Shown here: positions 8,274-16,622 of the stretch, piece by piece | How the letters are laid out: each line of letters starts with the position of its first letter | Position numbering within the stretch: the first letter of the stretch is position 1 | Source of the DNA: Ignavibacteria bacterium | Lineage (GTDB): Bacteria; Bacteroidota; Ignavibacteria; Tepidaquicellales; Tepidaquicellaceae | Length of the DNA stretch: 64,000 nt | Assembly: GCA_028714695.1 (NCBI GenBank) | Contig: JAQTLX010000010.1 | Coordinates: forward strand, 73,397-137,396 | Direction of reading: 5' to 3' | Made by a program: the position numbers and the translations under genes | The notes under the pieces: generated by a model | The model's database searches: none | Told to the model about the DNA's origin: nothing | Seen by the model: only the letters and a program-made list of their open reading frames with translations

Positions 8274-8550
8274 ATTTTACGGTAACGATAAATATACCAC
8301 TATCTATCTTTTTTTTCAATGCTTTTAATCTTTCAGATTCAAAATGCCGAAAATTTAACGGTTGGTTAATATACGCCTGTAATCAAAGATAGTTTTCGAA
8401 AAACCCATAATATGTTATCATCATAACAGAAATAGTATATTTCTGCTGCGCTTTACCTCTTTATAGAACATCGTTTTACACTCTCCTTTTAATCATTCTA
8501 AAGAACGCAAATATCATTATTTTTGTTTTTTAAAAATTCTATATTGGTCG

Positions 8551-9243
8551 ATGGAAGAACAAGTAAACAAATATACTGACTGCGTTATTCTCGTCGATAA
8601 GCCGATAAACTGGACATCCGCGAAAGTAATAAACAAAATGAAAAAAGTTCTTAATATCAAAAAAGCCGGACATTCGGGCACACTCGACCCGAGGGCTACG
8701 GGACTTCTGATTGTATGCACGGGAAAAAAGACAAAAATTATTACGGATATTATAGGAGCCGATAAAGATTACGAAGGTTCTTTCAGAATTGGCGCTGTAA
8801 CGCCGACTTACGATACGGAATCCGAAGAAATAAATATTACGGATACTTCCTCTGTTTCAAACGAAATGATTGAAACTGCCTGCGGAAAATTTCAGGGAGA
8901 GATACTTCAGACTCCGCCGATTCATTCAGCCATAAAACAAAACGGCAGACCCGTCTATAAACTCGCACGAAAAGGAAGAACGGTCGAACTGGAGGCAAGA
9001 AAAGTAAAAGTAAATAAATTCACCGTAAATCGTTTATCTGAAACGGAAGTGGGATTCTTCGCATCCGTAACTAAAGGCACTTATATTAGGTCTCTGGCAA
9101 ATGATTTCGGCAAGGAAATAGGAGTCGGTGCATATCTGAAAACACTGCGCCGCACGCGTATAGGTCAATTCGATATCAGCGTACTTGAAAATAACTTCGA
9201 AGAACTTGAAGGCATGAAATTTTCAATCCTTGAGAACTTCTGA
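8551..9243 (+). CDS. truB: tRNA pseudouridine(55) synthase TruB
   Basis: 230 aa. VDKPINWTS and the catalytic-Asp motif GHSGTLDPRATGLL. Confidence 0.92.
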   Translation: MEEQVNKYTDCVILVDKPINWTSAKVINKMKKVLNIKKAGHSGTLDPRATGLLIVCTGKKTKIITDIIGADKDYEGSFRIGAVTPTYDTESEEINITDTSSVSNEMIETACGKFQGEILQTPPIHSAIKQNGRPVYKLARKGRTVELEARKVKVNKFTVNRLSETEVGFFASVTKGTYIRSLANDFGKEIGVGAYLKTLRRTRIGQFDISVLENNFEELEGMKFSILENF

Positions 9244-10335
9244 TTTACTGCGGTTTAATTTCGCTGTATCATATTCTTCCATCAAGGAATCAATCAGTTC
9301 TTTCACGGATGTAATTTCAAAAGTCCTGTAAACATTTTCACCCGCGAAAGCAAAACCATGGTCCAGATTTCCTGTCGATGCATGAAGCAAAGCATAGGCA
9401 ATACAATAAGGAGTTGTTTTATAATCACAGGTTATTATGCAATGATAGGGACATTTAAAAGGGTGTTTAGTCCCCTCTTCAACGTCATTCAGGAATTTAT
9501 TTCTTAACGCCCGTCCGGGCATGCCAACGGGGCTTTTTATAATCATCACATCTTCCTTCTTCGAATCCACGTACATCTGCTTGAATTTTTCTGATGCATC
9601 ACATTCTTTCGTAGCAACAAATCTGGTACCCATCTGCACGCCTGATGCTCCGAGTTCAAAAAATTTATTTATATCTTCGCCGGTATAAATACCTCCTGCA
9701 GCAATAACAGGAATAGATTTGTTGTATTTTATTTCGAATGGTTTCAATGCCTGAATTACTTCAGGGATAAGTTTCTCGAGTGCGTAATCCGAATTTTCAA
9801 TATTTTCTTCTTTGAACCCCAGGTGTCCTCCTGCAAGCGGCCCTTCGACAACTACCGCATCCGGCGGATAATCATATTTTTCCGTCCATGCCTTAGCGAT
9901 TATTCCGGCGGCTCTTCCTGATGAAACTATAGGTACAAGTTTCGTCTTCTTGCTTCCCTTCAGAAACGAAGGTAAATCAAGAGGAAGTCCCGCTCCCGAG
10001 AAAATAATGTCAATCTTTTCTTCGATTGCTGCTTTAACAAGATCCGCATAATTAGATAATGCACGCATTATGTTTACACCGATAATTCCTTTTGTAAGTT
10101 CTCTCGCTTTATTAATTTCATTTCTTAAAGCCCTCAGGTTCGATTCAAGCCAGTTGGTATCTCTGTCTTTTTCCAGAATACCGATTCCGGCAGTTGCAAT
10201 AATTCCTATACCGCCCTCATTGGCAACGGCTGCCGCCAGACCTGCCAGAGAAATTCGTACACCCATGCCACCCTGAATTATCGGGATGCTTGCGATTAAA
10301 TCGCCAATTATTAAATCTTTAATGTTTTTCAACAA
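9223..10335 (-). CDS. Nitronate monooxygenase / NAD(P)H-dependent flavin oxidoreductase family protein (FabK/YrpB-like)
   Basis: 370 aa. IQGGMGVRISLAGLAAAVANEGGIGII and GASGVQMGTRF are TIM-barrel FMN motifs. It has a Cys-rich C-terminal region. The 3' end overlaps truB by 21 nt (convergent). Confidence 0.82.
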   Translation of the reverse strand: MLKNIKDLIIGDLIASIPIIQGGMGVRISLAGLAAAVANEGGIGIIATAGIGILEKDRDTNWLESNLRALRNEINKARELTKGIIGVNIMRALSNYADLVKAAIEEKIDIIFSGAGLPLDLPSFLKGSKKTKLVPIVSSGRAAGIIAKAWTEKYDYPPDAVVVEGPLAGGHLGFKEENIENSDYALEKLIPEVIQALKPFEIKYNKSIPVIAAGGIYTGEDINKFFELGASGVQMGTRFVATKECDASEKFKQMYVDSKKEDVMIIKSPVGMPGRALRNKFLNDVEEGTKHPFKCPYHCIITCDYKTTPYCIAYALLHASTGNLDHGFAFAGENVYRTFEITSVKELIDSLMEEYDTAKLNRSKSEVLKD

Positions 10336-10932
10336 TGAATACTTTTAGTTCTCAAATGCACCCGTAACTCACAATGAGTGTTTTTCCATTTATTAATATA
10401 ATGGGAGTTTTTTATCTCGCCTCAGAGATTGAATGGGGACTATTCGGCATCGAAGGAAACGTGATATTGAAATCCGTATTTTATACTAATTTCTATTTAT
10501 ATAAGATAACACAAAAATTCGTAATTAATTAGTGTAAAAGAATTTTTATGCATATTCTGAACGGAAATAAGGTATATTCAATAATTGTAAATTTAGTATT
10601 TTTTAAAAGAACCGCCAAATAATACATATCCGATATTTGCAATTCTACCACACGACATATTGAATTTACACTTCCTGAGATATACGATAAACGAAATTTT
10701 CACCACACAAATACCTTAACATACCCCCCTAAATTTCCTTAAAATCGGTGTTTTTTAAAAAATTATACATCAAAAAAAAGTAAGAACACTGCTTTTGCAA
10801 TGTCCTTACTATGCACCCTCACGACGAGCGATAAATGAAAAAGTTAAGGTGCCGATATCATGGTATAGATTTTGAGAATCTCATAGTACACGACAAAAAA
10901 TTAATAAATAGAAAAATTAGAAAGGTAACGGA

Positions 10933-12987
10933 ATGATTAATTTCATACAAAATACAAAAAAGAGTAAAACAAGAGAGACCGGTAAATTCTCTTTCGTTTC
11001 AAAAATCAATACCACTGTAAAAGTAATATTGACATCATTTCTGATATTAATATCACTTGGAATTACTGATTCTTTTGCAACGATTTATTATTCTAAAGGT
11101 AATTTAAGCGCGAATTCAATATCCAGTTGGACAGACAATACATCTGGTACCGGGAAAACACCGTCAAACTTCACAAGCGGTGATAATTTCATAATTCAAT
11201 CCGGCGACACAATGACAACTTCCGCATCATGGACAATCTCGGGATTCGGTTCGTCATTGACTATTAACAGCGGCGGTTCGTTGACACTTGGCGGCAACTT
11301 ATCTTTAAGGGATTTTACTATTAACGGTAGTCTTATTGCGGGCGCGTATTTGGTTTCAGCAAGTACATCAAGCAGAACGTTTACAATAAACGGTACTTTA
11401 ACAACATCAAATGCAAACGGACTCAGCGGAAGTTCATCAACAACATTAAGCAGTACAAACAGTCCCGTAATCACAATAGCATCTACAAGCAAAATAGTTT
11501 ATAACTCAACATCTGCGCAGAATATCACGGCAACGACTTACGGACTTCTGGAAATAAGCGGTAACGGTACAAAATCTTTAGTTGGCGCCACTACAACAAA
11601 TTCCGACCTGATTATCGGCGCTAACAGCACATTAGCGCTTAACGGCAAAACTCTTAATCTCAATGATACTCTGGTTTACAACGGAACAATGACCGGAAGC
11701 ACAACATCGAATTTAGTAATCGGGGGCACGGGAAATAACGTTACTCTGCCTTCATTGACACTTGGTAATTTTACAGTAAACAGAACCTCAGGAGTAACAC
11801 TTTCGGGCGACATTACAATAAGCGGTACATTAACAATGTCTTCAGGAAATATTACAACGGGCAACAATTTGCTCACACTTGGAACAAGTTCTTCGACAAT
11901 TGGAACTTTGACGTACACAACGGGCAGAATTATAGGTTCATTCAAAAGATGGTTCAATACTTTGAACGTTTCGAATGTATTATTCCCTGTAGGCACATCG
12001 AGCACATCAAGGCTGGTTGCATTAACAAGAACAAACGTTAATGCTTCGACAGGCGCCGGATATCTTACTGCAAAATTTGTAACTGCTGACCCGGGAAACA
12101 ACAATACATCCGCATTAAATGACAACGGTTATACGGTTAACAGGTTTACAAATCAAGGTTACTGGGAAATAATAAAAGACACAAACAGTATAAATATGAC
12201 CGGGAATTTCAATTTAAACCTTGAAACCACAGGATTTTCGGGTATCAACAAAATTGACAGTTTAAGGATTATAAAAAGAACATCAGCGGCCGCGCTCTGG
12301 GTAATGGAAGGAACACACACTGCCGGAGTCAGCACGACAGCAAAACGTTCAGGCATGTCAACGTTCGGTCAGTTCACACTCGGCGGAAATACCGTGGATA
12401 ATCCCTTAACGGATTCACCGCTGCCCGTCACACTTTCATCATTCACGTCATTTGTAAAATCAAACAATGTTACTCTCAACTGGTCAACTGCGAACGAATC
12501 AAACAACAAAGGTTTTGATATCGAAAGAAAAGATATTAACGGCTATGAATATGTAAAAGCGGGATATGTAGCGGGAAACGGAACGACCAATCACGTCAGC
12601 AACTATTCATTCATCGACAGCAAACTTAATGCGGGAAAATATTCATACAGAATAAAACAGACCGATCTCAACGGCAACTACGAATACTTCAGTTTAAATG
12701 CAAATATCGAAATCGTAACTCCCGGGAAATTCAATCTTTCGCAGAATTATCCGAATCCGTTTAATCCGACTACGAAAATAGATTACGAAATACCTGCAGA
12801 CAGCAAGGTTCAGATTAAGATTTACGACATCAGCGGCAAAGAAGTTATGCAGTTGGTGAATCTGAATCAAAAGGCCGGATATTATACGATACAATTCAAC
12901 GCAGGCAGTTTAAGCAGCGGCACATATTTTTATAAACTTATTGCAGGAAGCGATGTTATTACAAAGAAAATGACGCTTATAAAATAA
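10933..12987 (+). CDS. Large secreted repeat protein with T9SS C-terminal sorting domain
   Basis: 684 aa. N-terminal hydrophobic anchor/signal and a Ser/Thr/Gly/Asn-rich beta-helix-like repeat region (TLGGNLSL, TLSGDITISGTLTMSSGNIT). An Ig-like module follows (NWSTANESNNKGFDIER...YRIKQTDLNG). The CTD is LSQNYPNPFNPTTKIDYEIP...GTYFYKL. Confidence 0.85.
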   Translation: MINFIQNTKKSKTRETGKFSFVSKINTTVKVILTSFLILISLGITDSFATIYYSKGNLSANSISSWTDNTSGTGKTPSNFTSGDNFIIQSGDTMTTSASWTISGFGSSLTINSGGSLTLGGNLSLRDFTINGSLIAGAYLVSASTSSRTFTINGTLTTSNANGLSGSSSTTLSSTNSPVITIASTSKIVYNSTSAQNITATTYGLLEISGNGTKSLVGATTTNSDLIIGANSTLALNGKTLNLNDTLVYNGTMTGSTTSNLVIGGTGNNVTLPSLTLGNFTVNRTSGVTLSGDITISGTLTMSSGNITTGNNLLTLGTSSSTIGTLTYTTGRIIGSFKRWFNTLNVSNVLFPVGTSSTSRLVALTRTNVNASTGAGYLTAKFVTADPGNNNTSALNDNGYTVNRFTNQGYWEIIKDTNSINMTGNFNLNLETTGFSGINKIDSLRIIKRTSAAALWVMEGTHTAGVSTTAKRSGMSTFGQFTLGGNTVDNPLTDSPLPVTLSSFTSFVKSNNVTLNWSTANESNNKGFDIERKDINGYEYVKAGYVAGNGTTNHVSNYSFIDSKLNAGKYSYRIKQTDLNGNYEYFSLNANIEIVTPGKFNLSQNYPNPFNPTTKIDYEIPADSKVQIKIYDISGKEVMQLVNLNQKAGYYTIQFNAGSLSSGTYFYKLIAGSDVITKKMTLIK

Positions 12988-13004
12988 ATTCCGAATGACG
13001 AATT

Positions 13005-13169
13005 ATGTACGATGACAAAGATAAAACAGGAATTTTAGTTTACACGTTTTTATTTTTTATAGCACTGACTATTTTTATCGGCTTTCTGATATACAAAGGC
13101 ATTGATGATAACCGGCATGACAGCAATGTAAAAACACAGAAGAGAACATTAATGAAATCGGCAAATTAA
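13005..13169 (+). CDS. Possible 54-aa single-TM small protein (below ORF-track cutoff)
   Basis: ATG 13005 reads MYDDKDKTGILVYTFLFFIALTIFIGFLIYKGIDDNRHDSNVKTQKRTLMKSAN, stop at 13167-13169. It has one clear hydrophobic helix. There is no other support. Confidence 0.25.
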   Translation: MYDDKDKTGILVYTFLFFIALTIFIGFLIYKGIDDNRHDSNVKTQKRTLMKSAN

Positions 13170-13237
13170 TTGACACAATAAATGATTTGAAACATCAGCC
13201 AAAAACAAAATAAAGTTTTGCTCGAAATACCTTTCTT

Positions 13238-13267
13238 AAAATGCGGAATACAAATGTGTTCCGCATT
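13238..13267. terminator. Perfect 10-bp hairpin aaatgcggaa/ttccgcattt, possible terminator
   Basis: 10-nt loop. TTT is part of the stem end on the plus strand and TTTT follows on the minus strand. It lies between the T9SS gene/small ORF and marR. Confidence 0.3.
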
Positions 13268-13323
13268 TCCGCTGTTATATGCTTTTCCGGGATATCTTGA
13301 CATTGATAATAAATATTATTAAT

Positions 13324-13351
13324 TTGATGACGTATCATTGATGACGTGTCA
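13324..13351. promoter_or_regulatory. Candidate MarR operator: tandem TTGATGACGT(A/G)TCA x2
   Basis: Two adjacent 14-bp copies differ at one base. The second contains the perfect dyad GATGAC-GT-GTCATC. They lie 28-55 nt upstream of the marR ATG (13379). Confidence 0.4.
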
Positions 13352-13378
13352 TCTATTTTAATAATATAAACCAATAAT

Positions 13379-13843
13379 ATGAGACAGATTGAAGAAATGC
13401 GGTATCTGGTGCTCGCTGCACAGCGGGAAGGCAGCCGTATGTTCACCGATATGCTTCAGCCGATGGGAATTACGACTTCGCAGAGCGAGGTAATCAGAGT
13501 TCTTTTTGATTTTGAACCTTTGTCGTTAATAGAACTCGGCGACTTATTAATATGCGAAACAGGCAGCCCAAGCAGGCTCGTGAACAGACTCGTGAAAGAC
13601 GGATTTGTTACAATGGAAAAATCCAAAGAAGATTCACGGAAAGTGAAATTATCACTCTCTTATAAAGGCAGGGTTACGGCAAAAAAAATAATAGAGGTCG
13701 AAGAGGCTGTCTACGATTCGATATCAGCAAAACTTAAAGGCGCCCCGGTTAAAAGTCTTATTGCTCTACTCTGGAAACAAGTACAGGGAAAGCCGGCAGG
13801 AAATGCTCTTGAAAGAAGAATATCAGGGAAATCAAGAAAATGA
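13379..13843 (+). CDS. MarR-family transcriptional regulator
   Basis: 154 aa. Winged-helix region ITTSQSEVIRVLFDFEPLSLIELGDLL...SRLVNRLVKDGFV...DSRKVKLSLSYKG. Confidence 0.88.
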   Translation: MRQIEEMRYLVLAAQREGSRMFTDMLQPMGITTSQSEVIRVLFDFEPLSLIELGDLLICETGSPSRLVNRLVKDGFVTMEKSKEDSRKVKLSLSYKGRVTAKKIIEVEEAVYDSISAKLKGAPVKSLIALLWKQVQGKPAGNALERRISGKSRK

Positions 13844-14421
13844 ATCATATAATTAATTATATATACGATAGAATCAGAAGTATATCGAATATTAAATCCA
13901 TGTTGATTCTTCTTTCCATGACTCTAATGTTAATGTTCGCTGTTAATATTCTCAAGTTACCTGTAGGCGTACAAAAGATTAACGAAACGGCACAGGGTGT
14001 CGGCATTCTTGATATGCGTATTTTTTACGATTCGCAAACGGCATATCATTTGCTTGATGATATCGGCTATAAAGGAAGGCATGATTATCTGAACATGCTG
14101 ATATTTTTTGATTTCATTTTTCCGCTTATTTACTCTATAACATTAGCGGTCATTCTGAATATTTTGCTTGGCAAAATATTCATAGGCAGAAGCGCAATTA
14201 TAAGGCTGTCATTGCTGCCCTTTCTCGCAGGACTTTTTGATTATCTCGAAAATGCGTCAATCATTACGATGATTTTGTACTATCCAAAAGTTGTCAGCGT
14301 TTCATTTTTGGCAGGATATTTCACTTTCGGGAAATGGCTTTTCACTATAATTACTATTCTGGTTATTTTCTCCGGATTAATTAAACTCACATTAAATATT
14401 AAATTCAATAATAAATCATGA
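13840..14421 (+). CDS. Integral membrane protein, unknown function
   Basis: 193 aa with about 5 hydrophobic helices. It has 4-nt overlaps with both the marR stop and the next gene's start (operon). Confidence 0.7.
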   Translation: MNHIINYIYDRIRSISNIKSMLILLSMTLMLMFAVNILKLPVGVQKINETAQGVGILDMRIFYDSQTAYHLLDDIGYKGRHDYLNMLIFFDFIFPLIYSITLAVILNILLGKIFIGRSAIIRLSLLPFLAGLFDYLENASIITMILYYPKVVSVSFLAGYFTFGKWLFTIITILVIFSGLIKLTLNIKFNNKS

Positions 14422-14996
14422 ATGTACTAATAATATACGCACATCCTGATAATGGTAGTTTCAACCATGCAATCCTTGAAAGGATTAAGAACGGACTGGT
14501 ATCAGTCCGCTGCAATTACGAAATAATAGATTTGTATAAAGACAATTTCAATCCCGTATTGGTATTCAACAGTAAGATAAAACGAAGTGATGCGGTTAAT
14601 GATGATGTGATACTGCATTACCAGAATCTTGTAAAGAAAGCCGACCATTTAATATTCATTTATCCTGTGTGGTGGTACGGTCTTCCTGCTATATTAAAAG
14701 GATTCTTTGACAGGGTTTTCGTTTCGGGATTTGCTTATACCAATAAAGGCGGACTTCCGCAGGGACTGCTCAAAGGAAAATCGGCATGGGCAGTTTATAC
14801 TATAGATTCTCCGTCATGGTTTGTAAGATTTTTCAGAAACAGTATGGAATGGTTTGTAATAAAAAATGCAATTTTGAAATACTGCGGCATCAGGGACGTA
14901 AAACGATTAATGTTTGCGGGTGTGAAAAGAAGCAAATTGAAAGAAAGAGAAAGATGGCTGGACTTTCTTTATAGAAAAGCCGGAAGTTTTGCTTAA
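14418..14996 (+). CDS. NAD(P)H-dependent quinone oxidoreductase, flavodoxin-like fold (Flavodoxin_2/NQO1-type)
   Basis: 192 aa. MNVLIIYAHPDNGSFNHAI start and IFIYPVWWYGLPAILKGFFDRV motif. Confidence 0.85.
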   Translation: MNVLIIYAHPDNGSFNHAILERIKNGLVSVRCNYEIIDLYKDNFNPVLVFNSKIKRSDAVNDDVILHYQNLVKKADHLIFIYPVWWYGLPAILKGFFDRVFVSGFAYTNKGGLPQGLLKGKSAWAVYTIDSPSWFVRFFRNSMEWFVIKNAILKYCGIRDVKRLMFAGVKRSKLKERERWLDFLYRKAGSFA

Positions 14997-15053
14997 TTTC
15001 TTTTTACTTTGTATTCGCAATCGACAATACCTATCAGTTTTTCTATGGTTAAG

Positions 15054-15102
15054 ACAATCCGGTGCCGCGGCAATGCGAACGCTGCAACACCGGATTGTTT
15101 TC
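15054..15102 (+). terminator. Probable terminator of the marR operon
   Basis: 11-bp stem acaatccggtg/caccggattgt enclosing a GC-rich 23-nt loop, followed by TTTT. It lies 58 nt after the stop at 14996. Confidence 0.45.
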
Positions 15103-15155
15103 AACAGGATAATAATAAAAAACGTAGTATCCCGTTTTTATAAAATCATTTAAGA

Positions 15156-15542
15156 CTAAATCACCGGCTGATAATATTTCCTTACGAAAGCATGCTGCTG
15201 GTTCTGCGTCATTTTATCGGCAGGTTTTATTACTATTTTAATTTTTGCAAAACGGTTATCAGTTCTTAAATCGTTCAGAAGTTCGACTTTCGCTTCCGTT
15301 GGACCGAACAAAACCACTTCATCGAAATTTATGATTACATCTTCCAGTTTTTTATAATATTCAGATTGCTCATGCTGTTCTTTGTTGTGCATCATTTTTT
15401 CACTTTTGCTTAAAGATTGTTCCTTATCGTCATGAGTAAAATCCGATGTTATGGTTTTTAAACCAATTGTTCTGTCGGTGAACTCCATTATATTTGCGCT
15501 TGAATGATCCATCCAAATGCCGAGATTTTTTATAGTTGCCAT
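15156..15542 (-). CDS. Conserved-looking 128-aa hypothetical protein (possible eRF1-fold/'host attachment'-like)
   Basis: MATIKNLGIWMDHSSANIMEF...HNKEQHEQSEYYKKLEDVI...VVLFGPTEAKVELLNDL. It is the last gene after the oleate hydratase and the NADP oxidoreductase (31-nt gap). The fold assignment comes from pattern only. Confidence 0.65.
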   Translation of the reverse strand: MATIKNLGIWMDHSSANIMEFTDRTIGLKTITSDFTHDDKEQSLSKSEKMMHNKEQHEQSEYYKKLEDVIINFDEVVLFGPTEAKVELLNDLRTDNRFAKIKIVIKPADKMTQNQQHAFVRKYYQPVI

Positions 15543-15573
15543 TTTTGTCAGTTTTTATTTCGATTTTATAAAA

Positions 15574-16572
15574 TCACGCTTTAACTACCATCTTTCCTGT
15601 GTTTTCGCCTCTGAATAATCCGAGGAAAGCGGATGGCAGATTATCAAACCCGTCAATGCAAGTTTCGGTAAATTTCAGTTCACCGCTTTTCAGCCATTGC
15701 GCTATTTGCGTAATGCCTTCAGCGAACTCATTCCGGTAGTTGCTGACTATAAAACCCTGCATAAGTGCGCTTCTTGTAAGCAGTAAAGGCTGCAGACGCG
15801 GTCCCAAGGGTGTTTCCTCGCTATTGTATAAAGATATCTGACCGCAAAGCGCTATACGGGCATGAAAGTTAAGATTGTTTATTACGGCATCGGAGATTTC
15901 ACCTCCAACATTATCGAAATATTCATCCACTCCTTTCGGACAAAGGGCGGCAATGGCAGAATTCATATCTTTTGTTGTTTTGTAGTTGACCACTCCGTCG
16001 AAGCCATATCCCTCTTTCAATAATTTTATTTTTTCATCCGAGCCCGCAATACCTATGACACGGCAGCCGTGTATTTTGGCTATTTGTCCGGCGACGATGC
16101 CGACCGCGCCTGCGGCTCCGGATATAACAATAGTTTCGCCTGCTATAGGCTTGCATATCCTCATAATTCCGAAATATGCCGTTAGACCCGTCATTCCCAA
16201 TATCCCGAGAAAATAACTCGCATGCCCCTGCGACAAATCTATTTTATGCAGAATTTTTTCCGATGCTATAGTTTCAGTCCTCCAGGGCAGCATGCCTGTA
16301 ACCAGATCGCCTTTATTAAATTTTTCGGACTTACCGTCTACAACTAAAGCAACGACGCTTCCTTCGATGGGCTGACCAATCGCAAAAGGCGGGGTATATG
16401 ATTTTATATCATTCATCCTGCCGCGCATGTAAGGGTCGACGGAATAATACAGCCCCTTTAGCAGCACTTCCCCCGTTTGAATTTCAGGCAGCACAATTTT
16501 TTCAATTTTGAAATTATTATTCGTAGGTGTGCCGATCGGTCTAACCGTAAGTACTATTTGTTTGGTTGTCAT
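15574..16572 (-). CDS. NADP-dependent oxidoreductase, MDR family (YncB/CurA/alkenal-one reductase type)
   Basis: 332 aa. Rossmann motif ISGAAGAVGIVAGQIAK, with end sequences typical of the leukotriene-B4 dehydrogenase/prostaglandin reductase subfamily (GENTGKMVVK). Confidence 0.88.
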   Translation of the reverse strand: MTTKQIVLTVRPIGTPTNNNFKIEKIVLPEIQTGEVLLKGLYYSVDPYMRGRMNDIKSYTPPFAIGQPIEGSVVALVVDGKSEKFNKGDLVTGMLPWRTETIASEKILHKIDLSQGHASYFLGILGMTGLTAYFGIMRICKPIAGETIVISGAAGAVGIVAGQIAKIHGCRVIGIAGSDEKIKLLKEGYGFDGVVNYKTTKDMNSAIAALCPKGVDEYFDNVGGEISDAVINNLNFHARIALCGQISLYNSEETPLGPRLQPLLLTRSALMQGFIVSNYRNEFAEGITQIAQWLKSGELKFTETCIDGFDNLPSAFLGLFRGENTGKMVVKA

Positions 16573-16622
16573 GATTATTTTATCTATAATTTTATAAGCG
16601 CCCTATAAGGGTTTGTTCATTA

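Noticed and set aside
8116-8550. tRNA-Ser as an integration hotspot (looked for an integrase, direct repeat of the tRNA 3' end, or an island boundary).
   Set aside because: The flanking genes are a FabH-like gene and truB. There is no integrase and no duplicated tRNA 3' segment within the window.
9223-9243. The 21-nt convergent overlap of the truB and NMO-family gene 3' ends, and truB being unlinked from nusA-infB-rbfA.
   Set aside because: Short convergent overlaps and relocation of truB are common and need no special explanation.
10861-10876. TGGTAT-AGATT-TTGAG as a fifth sigma-54 promoter, before the 684-aa T9SS gene.
   Set aside because: Both the -24 (TGGTAT) and -12 (TTGAG) elements deviate from consensus. 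The distance to the ATG (56 nt) differs from the other four. It is too weak to call.
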